A stretch of 57,006 nt of DNA, filler included, from Sphacelaria rigidula (GCA_964200075.2; 5 parts of 5 records of this genome joined end to end with filler, not necessarily neighbours in it); one strand, 5' to 3'; numbered from the whole stretch's first letter, positions 1 to 13,869 are shown. The notes: generated from the letters alone by a model not told the origin. Program-made: numbers and translations.

Positions 1-3000
1 GCCTAAATGAGTTGCTTTACCATCTGGTATCGCCACTTCCTGAGACAGCCACGCCTTATATACCGCCTCATGGGTGCCCGATCATTGAAACACTATGTGG
101 TACAATCATCCCCGTTGTGCGGAGTTGAGGTTTTCCCACGCCGCACAAAATGATCTAGCGCGACCACCATCATGGTTACCGCAAATAAACGCAAGTGCAC
201 AAAAAATCGGTAACCTGGTTGCCTAGCCTACGCAATGAGTTGCGAGTTTTATAGCGTCATTGCCAACCGACGCCAACCCTGTCGGGGGTCCGCACCTACA
301 AGCCGCGACGGAGCACGCCGGGTTCTCGCCGGACCAAGCTCATTTTGCTCTGGGGGGAAAGCTTTTTTGTGTGCATATGCAAGGCACGAACGCCCTGCAC
401 GCGACTTCGTTGCTTCGGATAACAATGTCGTAGCGTGCCGTGATTGTTCAGAGGCGGAGTTCCAGTTCCGCAACTAACAAGCATCCCGAAAATGCAGGCA
501 ATCGGCGCCGTCCATATCTGGTGTACAGCTGGAGTCACGCTCAGGACAATGAAATGTGTCTCGAAAATTAGTGCGCAGAGGTGCCAGTGCAGAAACACAC
601 TGTGGTAAATGTAATCCGTTATAAAAATATAACGAATTCAAAAGTATATCGCTGTTGTTGAGACTACCTAAAATCAAGATGAAACAGGTGTGCTGAAGAA
701 GGAGGCGTGTCGTGAGATATCGAGAACGAAGCGATCATCGAATCAGTTCACTAGTAGGAATGGACATGACAACATGATGATTTGAGCTGTTTTGGGGGGT
801 ACGCACACAGAAGCTGTTACGTTGAGAAGGGGGGCATGGACGTCAACAACAGATGGAGAACAAATGTACGCGTGAAGACGGACCTTCAGAGACAGCTGTG
901 GGAACACGAAAACAAATGACATTATTATAAAAACAGCACAAACCGTCAAAAACGATTTCACCACACATAAACAGAGGTGCTACAAGTATTTGGCCTATGG
1001 CTGAAGTGAGCCTTGGAATCAAAGTTCAAGCAAGATGATAGGAACCAAGCAAAGCTTTCTTTGCCCGAAATTTGTGCCGCAGCATAATGAGCGTTTCTGT
1101 GGTTCACGCACAGATATGCAAATCCAACACGATTTCTATACCGCGGAATGGAAATTGGTACGCCTCGTTCACAATTCAAATCGCCAATCTTTGTTGCCGT
1201 GACACGCCGTATCATGCCGTATCGTAAAACAGATTGTGCGTACGAAGTAGTATCGTGCGGTGAAGGACACGTACCATTTAGTGCAGATACCGTAGAAAAT
1301 CCGTGCCCCACAATGAAGCCATCGTAGAAGACCCGCGGCAATTGTAATACGTGTGGCCATACGTGCAAATGACTAGTTTTCTAGGGGTAATCATATGCTT
1401 CGTACTTTTTCTTCAAAGTCTTCGTTGTTGAGGCCGCTTCCTTTAATGTGACGACCAAGCAAAAGGTCGGCCAGTGACGGTCGCTCAAGGACAGCAGTTT
1501 TGAAAACTGTATCATACATCTCCGGAAACAAATTGGCGCGTACGCCTACCCACCGGGATACTTGAAATTAATAACTTGGTGTGCGAAACAGCGGCCGCTG
1601 AACCGTCCATTGTCCATATTTACGTACTCTACTGCCCCATCTGCACGGCAGCACTGCACGTACCCTGCAGTATGCTGCTGCGGTTGTGCCGCATGCACAT
1701 ACTGAACAACTATGGGCCACACCTGTGGGTACTGGATGTACAGTGACACAGCGGCACGGACTGCAAGGTAACGTTGCTGTATCGTACACTGTCTGTGTGC
1801 TATCTGTTTTCGAGGTGAGCCGCTGTATCTTCATGTATGTACCGTCTGCACAGCTGGCCGCACCATGCTTGATATGGGCGTTTTTGTTATCCCCTGGGTC
1901 CAGCAAAGTCGATTTCTCCAATAATGATCGTTTCCCTCAACGAAATGGGGGCGAAAAGCATCTATTGAGGGCAATCCCCGTTCGGAGACGTTTACTCTCT
2001 CTGAAAGGTCTCATAGAAACTGCTCTAGCAACATCTGAACCAATCATCGGGGACATGGTTTTCAGACGGATTTGTTTTAATCAGAAGGAGCGGCTTCGGG
2101 AGCGATTGTTCGATAATAGTGTGTGCGCGTGGTTTGTCCTCATGTCTGACCGCGGATCTCAGCAAAGAATACATAAGTATCGAGTGAAAAGGAGAACAAA
2201 TGCGTGCAAGAGAACCGCCAACGTGCAAGGGGAAACAGCTGGCGACGTGGTGAAGCTTCTGGTTTGCACCTGGTTCAAGCATTGCTCTCGTGTGATGGAG
2301 AGGAGATGTTAGGATTGAGAGTGAGAAGTGGTCAACTAATAAATGAATCGTTTCAGTTCCGAAATGTCCCTCCACGAGGCCCGATACGGCTCCTGTGGTA
2401 GATTGCCACTGAAGCCTTGATATCCCTCAGTAGGATATCCACGTGTAGCTGTACGCACACGCCCGTGTTGCAGGCAAGGAAAAGCACACAGAGAATGACC
2501 AATTCGCCGAGTTGAAGCGAGTGATAAAATCTTCTCTCAATCAACGCCCTACCCTCAATCACACGAAAACAAAGTTTTAAGCGCGATAGACTTTGTCCAC
2601 TTTTGAGGAACCTGTTTCTACGACTTCCGGCTCAATTTGGAGACCGTACAAAACTACAGGACGTGGTACTGTGTGGTGATAGTAGAGGGGTCCGATGTCG
2701 TGTTCGGTGTGGTGTGGTGAGCCAGGTAACGTTGACACTTTGCGAATGGTGTACGCTGTTTTCGGTTCCAGTTGGTGTTGTCTGTATTCCTTGGTACAGT
2801 GATGCTACAGTGAACGCATCCTTCCATGTTTTTGATTTTGCTTTTATTTGTGGCACCTGGGGATGCGCACACGTGACGACTGACGCGGTCGCAATTCCTT
2901 TCCCCCCTCTCAACGCTTGCATGATTACTGTAGTCGACATCTGAAATAACATATTTTCGTAGTTTTCTCATAATCGGGCATACTGCAGTGTGTTTTCACG

Positions 3001-3389
3001 TGCCACCACTTATCCCAGCAAACATTTGGTCCCCAAGTTTGATGATCGGGAAATACTGATCGTCCCCTCTACATTCGACAGCAAAAAACATATCTGTGCT
3101 CATTATTGGACAATTTACGGGGTGATCGGGAAACGGGAGTCCTCAGATTACACAGCCCCAGGTTCTGACCTCTGAGTACTTTTGCTCGATTGAAGCCATT
3201 CCAATCGTTTTTGCGAACAAATGAAACTGATCGTTTTCCCGAATTTCAAGCTATTTATTGCGCTAGAGCAGAAAATGTGCTTTTTGGACCAGTGACGGTT
3301 GATAACACCCCCTGATGAACAAGGAAGTTACTCCGTATCATACCGAAAACATCAATGGAGAGGTGTGTTCTGCGCACGACCTGCTTCTC

Positions 3390-4245
3390 TTCCCAATATC
3401 TATCGCCCCTGCGACGTTGACGCGCCAAGGACGGATACTACACGAGGAAACTCCACACCCTGGAAAATACAATACGGAGTATGTAATATGTATTGACCGC
3501 TCAACATGTCGACGCGTCGGGTGGTAAAAATATATCGGGCAAGCAACATGGTGACACGCGAGGCAGGTACATCTACATTATGTCATCAATATGTCGAGGC
3601 GCGCGACACGCAATATGTATCGACCAAACAATGTATCACGACACGCGCCACCTAAACATACATTGGCCGAGTAATATGTGGTGCGGTAGGGCGCCAACAT
3701 ATATATATATATATATATGTGCGTGTCGGATAATATATTGGCTGCCACACGAGGTCAGTATATATTGATGATTCAATATACTCAATACCCGAAGCGCCAA
3801 TATATATCTCGGCCCCAATATGTCGTGCGTCAGTGCGTCCAACATATATTGGGCGAACAATACACGAGGGAGCCAACCGTCACAACACATATTGGTGTAG
3901 CAATATATATGTTGATGAGTCATATTAGACATTTGAAAGTGTACAGGTATTAGTATTGTGGGCGGTTTCATGTCTGCGGGCGCCGTTGAATAATATATCA
4001 CTAGATGCCCGAAACGCCCAATATATTCATATACTCCTCTGCGAGCGTGTCCAATATATATTGGCTGCACGATAGCTATGCGATGAGAGTGCGTGCGCAA
4101 TACACGGCGGATACAAAATCCTCTTGCATGGTTTTTGTTTCAAATATGTTATGGCAATAATAGGTTACCCATCGCTCCGACTCAACATATGCTGACACTT
4201 TATTTCATACATACAAAGCCGGCATGAACGATATATATTGAATGT
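3390..4245. repeat. Degenerate array of CAATATATATTG-like palindromic motifs
   Basis: About 20 variants (e.g. 3611 CAATATGTATCG, 3840 CAACATATATTGG, 4051 CCAATATATATTGG) separated by short, mostly GC-rich spacers. Confidence 0.65.
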
Positions 4246-4752
4246 GTGTTCCAGAAGCAAATGCATGTCCAGTATACAGTGTCATGCAGTACATCACGAT
4301 CATGACACGGGAAATATTGCTTTCATGTCTCCGAGGACATCTCAACACAAGATATTTCGAAAGAAAGATAAATATTTGCGCTGTCTGCAATAAGCAATAT
4401 CGCTATCATATGGAAACATATAGTTTTGTCCAGGGTATAAGCAAAACAGCACCGGTGACCACAGGGGTACCAAAAGGCGCATATCGACCCGCGTATTATG
4501 CTGTCCTCCTGTTTATTAGACAGGATATATGACTGTGGAGTGGATGGGTGGCACTGCACCGGTGACCAGATAGGTATCAGAACGCATATATACCAATTTT
4601 GGGCCAATTCATAAATCAAACTCATGTAAACACTCTCCGTACCCATGCACGCGAACTTCTGCGGCTTCCTCTCGAGCTTTCCCCCATCTGCACGGGCTCC
4701 CGCATACATCGCGTCTGGATCTCTTTCAAAGCGTACAGCACACTTATCAACC

Positions 4753-5105
4753 GGTCGCCCCCGTAGCTCAGTTGATAACCTCGACAACTTTTGACGGTTG
4801 GATCGTGGGTTCAAATTTTTGGCGCCATCTCGGGTTTTCAGCATGTGATGCCCAACAGTGGAGAGCAACTATGTCGTGGGTACACAAAATTCGACTCAAC
4901 GGTCGACGAGGGAAAGGGACTGCTGAACCTCTCTCGCGATAAAAAAATGAAGGCCGGCACCGCGGAACGAAGGTGGAGAACCAAAACAAACCAAAAGTAA
5001 AAGCTCCTGTGTTGGCCTTCCTCCTGTGAGACCCCGGGTGGTGCGCCCACATTTACCGAGAGGTGTAGACCGACGTCAAAAGTGAACGGGACGACAACAC
5101 TTACA
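4753..5105 (+). mobile_element. tRNA-derived SINE, family 1, copy 1
   Basis: Head GGTCGCCCCCGTAGCTCAGTTG (A box)...GGTTCAAAT (B box). Colinear over about 350 bp with 37988-38457 and 47095-47458, ending GGGACGACAACAC. Confidence 0.85.
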
Positions 5106-7342
5106 ATCTCGTATGGCCCCCCCGGTTGTCGGGAACTTGCAGAGCCCTTGTCCCTGCAGGACCACGATGTTGGCGATTGCCGTCTCAACGGTCTCCGGTA
5201 GACGGGTTGCCTCAAGCGGGTGACGCGGCAAGGCGGCAGAGTCATTGTCTCTTGACCCGTACTGCGAGATTTCACAATTGCTCTCATCGTCTGAAATTGT
5301 CGACCCACCACCATACTCGCCAAGAGGGGTCAGCCGACCAGCTTTACTCGAATATGCGTCCAATTTCTACTGTTTTTGTCCGTCTTACTACTGCCTCGTC
5401 TTTCGTCATGCGGTGAAAGGAGGGGGGGTAGTGTTTGGTCTGTATGGTGCAGGGAGCTACTGATATGTTTGCCCGGACAGCTGAGAGCCACAAGGCAATG
5501 TTATTCTCCGTGGGCAGCTGGCAACCATTCACCATTTTTGCGGCTGACAGCCAAACATAGCACACATCCTGAGAGCTGACTAGCTTGTACACAAAAAAGG
5601 TATCTGAAACTCGAGGCTTCAGGCATATTTTACAGTCATCTATATTATCAAATCCCGAAGCTTCGAGTTTGAAATACCTCCAACGTTCGTGGTTTGTTTG
5701 CTGGTTGTGGGTCATGGCATATTTTCGGTAATAGCCGATTTATCAGCAAACGTAACCTCACGGCCAACGAGTCAGGTAACTTACGAATCGGACAGACAAC
5801 CTGGAGAGGAACACCATTGGAACGAGCTGTGAGATGTTGTAGCATACACGCAGTATTCGAGAAAAATAAAGGAGTCTGCAACCGTCACGAGTGAAGCGTG
5901 TTTGTACATTCAAAGCCTGGGGAGAACAACGGAAGAAATGGATACGGAGGACATATCCGGGCTCGGAAATCGGCAACGTGGTATGTTGGCTAGCAGGGAC
6001 CGAGGGTACTGCCAGTTGACGTTGTCAATCTTTGTTTGCACTCACCTTCGGGGGTGGTTGGCATTCATGACACATGTTTTCCGCCCTCCATACCTGCCCC
6101 TTGTGCAGGCCTTCATCAATGCCCCACCTCGAAAGCCGAGTACAAATCGCAATATTGGCGATCGAGGGACACGTGATTTATGGGAGCGGGGTAACTTCTC
6201 CTACCCCAATTGAATTAGATTGAATTCACATGAGTGATCATTGGCTCGAGATGACGAATGCTGGACAGGACCTGAAAGGGTCAGTACTTAGTATGCCTTT
6301 GCCTGTGATATCGAACATCGAAGCGACGTTCAGCTCATGCGCTGAGAGCAGACGCATGAGTATACGTACAGAACGCCGGCCTGAACAGCCAGTCACTTTC
6401 CGATGTGAGAGCAGGGAGTACAATTGTGAAACGGCCGAACGATTGGAGTGCTGTTCCGTAGTGCCATGAGGATCAGCATCGTTTCCCTATCCGCCCGCCC
6501 TGTGCTTTCGAAGGGTGTCATGGAGTAAGGTGGGGTGATCCGACGTTGAGCGAATAGCAATGAAACACTACGGACTGATGTAAGCGGAATAAAACACTAA
6601 TCTAAAGTGTGAACGTTGACGTACTCTTTCATGTGCTCACGCTAACGGATACCTCCAAGACGACGGCAAAGTGGCGACTTGACGGACTGGTTGCCCAATT
6701 TTATCTGAGAAAGGGTATCAAATGCCTCCAAAAAGATATTGAAATTCATGAGAAGAGAGGCCAAATGCCCTAGAACGCTCATGATTCGGAGGGTGTATGA
6801 GTTTCTTTGGTGAGATGAAAAGCAATGCAGCACGACAGCAGCAGTCTCTCGCAACACGATGGAGTTGGCCACTGCACGGGCCGGGAGAGGGGGGCGGAAG
6901 GGGAGGGGGGAGGGGGGGGCGTACTTGTTCCTTGCTCGCATGACCACGCATCCCTTCCGAGAGGGAGAACCGTTCCAACTCCTAATAGAGACACCTTCAA
7001 CATCTGGCGCTCATCACCTTTATTCCATACAACGAACGGAAACCATATACATACAATATCCGCGTCGTGTTTCGCCGTCTGTGGCCACTATCTTCCTCCC
7101 AGTATAGGCAAAGTTTTCTCTCTTTTGTCTATTGCATCAAACGACTTCATGCGATGTTCGTTCACGTCCCGCACTTCCCCCGCTAGCACGTTCCGTTCCT
7201 CCTTGTAAAGGTCACATTATGCCACTATATCGGCCAGTGACCACAAACGTGCAGTTTATTTTTAGTTTATATGGGAACAGCGTGCCTTGTGGTGAACATG
7301 CCTCATATGATAATCAAGTATCAACACACAGAGGCAAACAAA

Positions 7343-7485
7343 CATGTCCTGAACAAAACATTAAAGGCCAAGGCGTGTACTGCGTACAGCATCAACTGTT
7401 GCGTCTACTGCGATAGAAAATTGTTTCCATATTGTACGCAGTACACTTTTCGACGATGGCATATATTGTCATTATCCAGGGTGTG
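7343..7485. mobile_element. MITE family C, older copy
   Basis: Degenerate left TIR CATGTCCTGAACA and right TIR ATCCAGGGTGTG. Flanks CAAACAAA/CAAACAAG match 7/8. Internal GTGTACTGCGTACAG is shared with 32493-32507. Confidence 0.72.
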
Positions 7486-10400
7486 CAAACAAGACACCGA
7501 TGTTGTATCGGGGTTTCGGTCCTTCTGGGGTATATCTCACTTCATGTCCATTCACAAAACATTTATATATTTAATAGGCTTTCTACAGTAACTTTTGATT
7601 TTCAGATGAATACAAACTGCGGAACAACCCGCGAAGCGGGCTTCCCCTCCGTAGACACTACCAAAAGTCAATGTACCAACACTGACAAGCAGCTGAGAGA
7701 TGAGATGGAAAAAGGGTTCTCGATAACTGCAACGCGCGGCGATGGCAAGAACTGCCACTCGTACCTCTGGTAGCAACGTCATCAGGGGCAAAGGCCAAAA
7801 CTACTGCTCAAGGTCCAGCGTGCACTTGGCCTCCGATGACACTCGTTTTTTGCCATCACCCTCCAAGGCACGTGGATGCTACCGTGACTTCGGAGATACG
7901 TGTGTCGGTGAAGGGATAGATATAGATGGGCATATGATTAGTGTGTAGTGCGGTGCCGTGCCGTGCGGTGCGGTGCACCTTACTACCTCTGTACTCTACG
8001 GTGATATCATTTTTCAACGAGACCTTTGAGGGTCTTTCACGTCTTTTAGGTGCGGGTTCCGTGTGGAACGGTCATGCTTCACAGCCTGGAATGTGCTGAG
8101 ATGAGAGTGGCACAACTTCATGGAAGAGAGGTGTCCACCTCAGCACGGAAAGCTAGAGCTGCAGACAAGACCGGTGGCTGCGGCGCTCGGATGGCAAGGA
8201 ATGCATGTTGAGGTGTACGGAGAAAGCGCTTGATATACGAGAAATGTACCATCCCACGCCAAAGTTTGACGACATTGGCACTGTGTACTACGCGCTGGCA
8301 GGACTGGACTGACTGTACGACCCGAATCACACCTCGGCGGGGCTGGAAGTTCTGCGATCAATCCGTGAAAGTTGACGAGTGCCCTCGATCCCACTTTGAG
8401 AGCAAGTCAAACGGCGAAAACTTGTCAAAAAAGCCGCTCAGGTGCATGTCGGAAAAAACTCGAGACATTCACGTGGGAGCCTCTCCAGCAATCGTCGCAG
8501 TTCGATTCCAATTCTTCGGACTAGAAGACACCAGCAACCGCCACCGTAGTGGTCGGTCTGTCGTAATGCCGCCCACGCAAGTCTTGGTACTGTCTGTAAG
8601 AGGACGTTCTTCCCTTCCCGAGCGGCTTCACGATGGTCCTTGTCATAGGATATTGTTCTCTTCGACTCGGCTGTACGGCCACATCTTGCCCGAGACGGGG
8701 TATAAAATTTTGGGCGAGCAGCCTCAACGATATGACAATGCCTAACTGGTGGCTGTTACCTGTGTTTCTGCAAACGTAGCGTCAACCGACACGCGGTCCA
8801 ACCTGAAGGACTAGGCTGGCCGCTGCCCCCGCGTCGATATCGTGTCCTTTATACTTCTCGTTCGAAAGTGAAACATTTGCCAAGAGGAGGGACAACATGA
8901 TGAATAGCCATCCTTTAAACCCACACAGCGTACAAACCGCCTTAGACCGCCGATACTGTTGAGACAAACCTACCTGCGGCCTCAACCTAAACAAACTTGA
9001 AGTTTCAGTGTCATCAGACGCCAAGTGCGGTGTGTGTGTGAACGCCTCACCTTCCGAAATACCGCCCCAACACGGCTGATAACGGAACAACACTATGAAT
9101 GATACTACTGTAGTGCTGACCGTGACTGGTGAGGTATGGGGAAATGAATGCACTCTCTTGAGACTTTGAAACTGTCGTGATTGACTCACATCACGTGTGT
9201 CATTCTCTCCACTGAAGACCAGCCAGAGAGACGCACTTCAGGTCGTTCGTGAGGCTAGGGCCCAGGGGGGTGAACACCATCACTCCTACCCCGTTCTACG
9301 GTACCATTCCCGAGCCTACTGCACGCATGTTTGTTCGGCAAGTTGCAACACTCCGATACCTGATTTGTGTGCGTTTCACGCGTTGCCACACACGGTCTTG
9401 TCTCGGTTTCAGTTTTTGCGCATATTCACCCAAGATGTGAGACACAGATAGTGTGGTGGCGGTGCTGTCACCGAAATCGTACGCTGGGATTTTCGGAATG
9501 ATTGAAATTGTAAATCGGACGGCACGGGAGCAGGGTATACAATACCCGATTCGGTCAAGCAGAGACATGTTGTAGACACTTCGCAATAGGAAATATATTG
9601 GAAACTCTACAGGGTACACTTTCTCCTGTTGTTGTTTGTCCAGGGTGTGATACTTCACATTATTTATTCGACCGGATTAATCTTTCACGCAACATGTCTT
9701 CATTTTTGTGTGCCGGGTGCTATTTCCGTAGCGTGTGCAGAGCGTGCTTCTGTCCAACTCGGCGCTGCAGGCCCCGATTCGAAGTCAGCGAACGCACGAT
9801 CCGAGGTCTGCGAACCCACACTACGCCGAAAGCACCCTCGCATTCCCTTGCCCGAAGGTTCACGGTATACCTGTGCTCGGGGTCGGACTTAAAGTGAACT
9901 CGAATCAAAACACTTCCAGAGAGGTTCGTCAAAGAGCCATTCAACCAAGTGCCGATACGAGTTTATGACCCTTTGACTGCGATCCCCCTCAAGGGTAAAA
10001 AAGCTGTTTCTTCAGTGGACAAAGTCCCTTGTTACAAGCATATGTGGATGTTGGGCATATCTACATAGAAGATAGTCACGGAAACCCCCTCAACAGGTTT
10101 GAGCTACTAGTAGAGTACATGCAGAGTTACCGTGTACCTCGTCGCTGAAAAGCTTCCCGTTTTCTTGGGCACATGCTTCTCGTGGTTTACGAACGGCGCA
10201 CGCTGGCAGCCGCCATTGACGCAAACTATGCAACTAGCACACATCCTGTGCTAACGTCGATGCTTTCACAGCAGTCCTGGTACTGTCAGTGCAGGGCTGC
10301 CATACCTCCAGCGTATGTTGATCATTCACGCATGTCACATCTTCTCAATTGTTTCTCCCCTTCTTTCACAGTCTGTACTGCTGCTGCTACTCCGTTGTAC

Positions 10401-11323
10401 ATATATATCGTATTTTGCGAACTTTTCCCCATTGGCGGCTGAATACGTACAACGGTATGAAACAGTCAGCGTGCGCGGGCAAGACTGGCACCACTTGAGT
10501 ATGTTCTGATTATACACGCATGCATCCTCGTCTCAACCACATGTGCATTTTCTTCCGCTCTGTCTTTGCATTACTGCAGCTGCACCTGATGCTACTACTC
10601 TAGTGAAATAAAAGCCCACAAACACAGGCCCGAACGGCATTACACATATCCGTTGGATTATTGTGAGCCCCGCACACAAGCATTCGCGTCCTGGATTCAT
10701 CGTCGGATCTTCCGGGTCTGGGTCATCCAGCAGGGGGCTACGAATTTCTCGGTCGTTGAGTTTTGGCCTTTCGGCGAGGTGTAATTTACAAAAAATGGGT
10801 GTAGTTGTGATTGTTCAGCGAATCTTCTGCGGAGCCGGGGGTACGGTCACCAATTGCATAAAAAAGGGTAAAGAAGAGTATGCACTAATAAGGGTAAAGA
10901 GGGGCGTGCACTAGAAAGGGTAAAGGAGGGTAGGCAGTTATGCATTTGAAGGATAAACACTTGAACGAAAATGGGCAAGAATAACCTATAGCGGAGAGCA
11001 GGGTGTACCCTACTGGTTTGATCACAAGAAAAGGGTACTCTCATGGGCTATCATTTTCCGCGTCGCAGTTGAGCCTTGAGTACGCATCAGCACTCAAGAA
11101 GTTCCTATTTTGGCTGGGTCTCGCGTCTTATTTTCTCTCCAATTTCAACGCAAATGCTCGAATCCAATTTCTCATCGAGTTCAGCACAAATGACTTCAGT
11201 ACTTATTTCCGCGTCGAGTTCAACACGAATGTTTACCTGTAAATTATTTAAAGGGCAATAGCCTGGAAAAGGTATACCTTCTCGTTTTTTGCTCAAGAGA
11301 GGTACGAAAAATGGCCAGAAACG

Positions 11324-11423
11324 NNNNNNNNNNNNNNNNNNNNNNNNNNNNNNNNNNNNNNNNNNNNTTAATTAATTAANNNNNNNNNNNNNNNNNNNNN
11401 NNNNNNNNNNNNNNNNNNNNNNN
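11324..11423. other. Assembly spacer (N run + TTAATTAATTAA); identical spacers at 22746-22845, 34167-34266 and 45587-45686
   Basis: Four identical 100-bp N/linker blocks. The linker has stop codons in all six frames. Confidence 0.97.
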
Positions 11424-12560
11424 CGTGACGAGCTATAACACGAGTAAGTCACGAGTAACATAACCCCTTTGGTGTCAATTGGTGTTTCTTTTTCCGAAAG
11501 AGCTCGGTACTCACTTTCAATAACAGCTGTCTGCTGTTGACGAGTGCCTTGTGCGAGAGAAACCTACTGTTTGAGTTAACGAGTCGAAAACAGGACCAGT
11601 GCGTCACATACTCACCCATCTTTGGTTGTGGCTTGCTCTGCTAACGAATACTTCAACATATCAGCATAATTTGTAGCGTTTTTCTCGACACTCTGTAAGC
11701 AACCTCGTGGAGAGACACTCCCAAATTGGAAATTCCAAATTATTTTGTTACGAAATCTGTAAATTCGTTTATTTAGAGAAGCTGTTCGAAATAAATCTCA
11801 CTTTGCCCGATTAGAAAATCGGGCAAAGTGAGGATTTACTTCGGGCAAAATGAGGATTTATTTAGAACATCTTCTTCTGCTATACAAATCCCATACACAA
11901 TCGAAAATTTGGAATTTGGACAGGAGAAGAAAGTCGAAATAAATCCTCACGTTGCCCGCCAATTCATCCGGAAATTGGGCAAGAAGATAACTAACTGCGA
12001 ACAGCCTTAGTTGTGCAAGTCCCGCATACTGCATCGTAATCAGCGGATGGGATCCGAGATGTAGCAAAAGTTGTCCAAAATACTAAATCATCCTCTTGCC
12101 CCCCAACTAATATATCAATTGGGCTAAAGGATAGAATTCTCAACAGCTTTCGCTGAATCCAAATCTCACACGCTGCTAATGAGTGTATGTCCACACGGCT
12201 GTGCCTCGAACCGACGCTTCAGCTGCAGGCGTGGTGAAGAGGCTGGATTGTCGGTGTATACCTCGCACATGTATGCACAGAGCTCATGAAAACCCAGTCG
12301 CCCAATGTCTACCAGACCAAACGAAATGTTTTTTGAGAAACAATCACTCAATCAACATGCTTCCGTTCATGAAGGTGTTTGCTCGATATCCATCAAGAAC
12401 ACAAAAGTAGACAACGTGATACCAATGAATCTTAGGTGGTCCAATGTATAGTTCGTTGTACTCTCGAATACAAGAGCGCGAGTTTAGTACTTGCTACTGT
12501 CATATTTTACCGTTTTCTGCCCGTACCGTGCCCGCGCTGTCAGGTAGAGCATTTTGTATG

Positions 12561-13006
12561 TAACACGGGATCTTACAAATTGTTGATGAATCTTTCATTG
12601 GGGATGAGAAACCCGGAGAATTAAAATCTTTGTATCCACACCAAATCTTGGAAACATGGTTCCATTTTTTCACCTACTGATAGCAGCTGACAACTGCTAT
12701 AAGCCATAGAAATTTGGATTTCGATCACCGAAATGTTGGGGTCCTAGATGAAAAAACAATTTTGGGGAATTCCGGGTGTCCGAACGGACGCCAAAATGGT
12801 TCCGAAATTGGTTATTGACCTAGGACCCCAATATTTCGGTGGTCGAAATCCAAATCTCTAAGGTGTGTAGCAGTTGTCAATAGCTATCAGTAGGTGAAAA
12901 AATGGAACCATGTTTCCAAGATCTGGTGTGGATACGAAGGTTTTAATTCTCCGGATTTCTCATCCCAAATAAAAGATACATCCCCAATTTGTAAGATCCC
13001 GTGTTA
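12561..13006. mobile_element. Foldback MITE family A, copy 1 (about 185-bp inverted arms, TA flanks)
   Basis: TAACACGGGATCTTACAAATTG...CAATTTGTAAGATCCCGTGTTA. Arms at about 12561-12747 and 12820-13006 are reverse complements. Confidence 0.9.
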
Positions 13007-13063
13007 TGTGCGTTGTAACACTGTGCAGCATATGAACAACTATGAACAGAATATGGGGCGAGG

Positions 13064-13238
13064 AAACCCTGTAAAGTGTACTGTGTGGCGCAAAAAAATA
13101 CCCTACAACCAAATTCCCTCGAGAAACAATGCACAGTTTCCCTGAAACCCTGTGAAGCGTACTGCGTGGCGCAAAAAAACACCCCACAGCCAAATCTCGG
13201 CGAGAAACACTGTACAGTTTCGCTGAACCCTGTAACGT
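13064..13238 (+). repeat. 81-bp tandem repeat, about 2.2 copies
   Basis: AAACCCTGT(A/G)AAG(T/C)GTACTG(T/C)GTGGCGCAAAAAAA recurs at 13064 and 13145, with a partial unit at about 13226. Confidence 0.85.
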
Positions 13239-13869
13239 GCTCCACAGGGTGCTTGCTATCTTTCCACGTGTGTGCCCACCGGGACCGGTAGCTAGCGTCG
13301 TTGCTGTTCTTGCACCTCACTTTCGTGTCCTCATACATCTTGCCCAGATTGAATTCTATGGTTACACAGCAGGCTGGTTCACGTTTTTCAACCGAAAGTG
13401 TGCCATCGGAAATTCCTTCCGCGAGATCGACCTGATATAGTCGTATACTACACCACGGTATCATACCGACCGCCTACCAGGTGTGTCAGACGACCTGCCA
13501 CACTCGCGGTGCGCATGTATTTGGTTGAAGGCGATGTCGATAAGTAGAGGTGGCGTCACTACTTAAGAAACTCTAATTTGAGGCGAGGCTCAAATCTTAT
13601 TGTTATCGCCGAGCCAAGCATAATTTCTCAACGCCAATTTCGTACTTTCCGCACACGCGCAGTGAGGAATTTCTAAATGGCCAATATCTTATTCTCTCCG
13701 AGCGCGTACAAAATGACGGAATTCTTGAAAACAAATATCATCTATGACGAACGGATGTAGAACTCGTACTACAGTACAATGTAGCGAGACATTTTGTTTT
13801 GCAGCGTTGCTTGGACAGATTATTTGCGGGGGCCTCGCAGTACACAGCAAAAAAATGGTTGAGTAGTAC

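Noticed and set aside
1686..2312. 208-aa plus-strand ORF
   Set aside because: No ATG start, no recognisable domain, and it runs into a MITE at its 3' end.
3390..4245. CRISPR-like array
   Set aside because: The repeats are only about 12-14 bp and degenerate, spacing is irregular, there are no cas genes, and the context is eukaryotic.
11368..11379. TTAATTAATTAA palindrome repeated four times inside N runs
   Set aside because: The N/linker layout is identical at all four gaps. It is an artificial six-frame stop spacer, not biology.
12000..12180. IILLPPN motif suggestive of a pogo/Tigger DDE transposase relic
   Set aside because: It is surrounded by stops and the expected QPxD and DN motifs cannot be recovered, so it is too weak to call.
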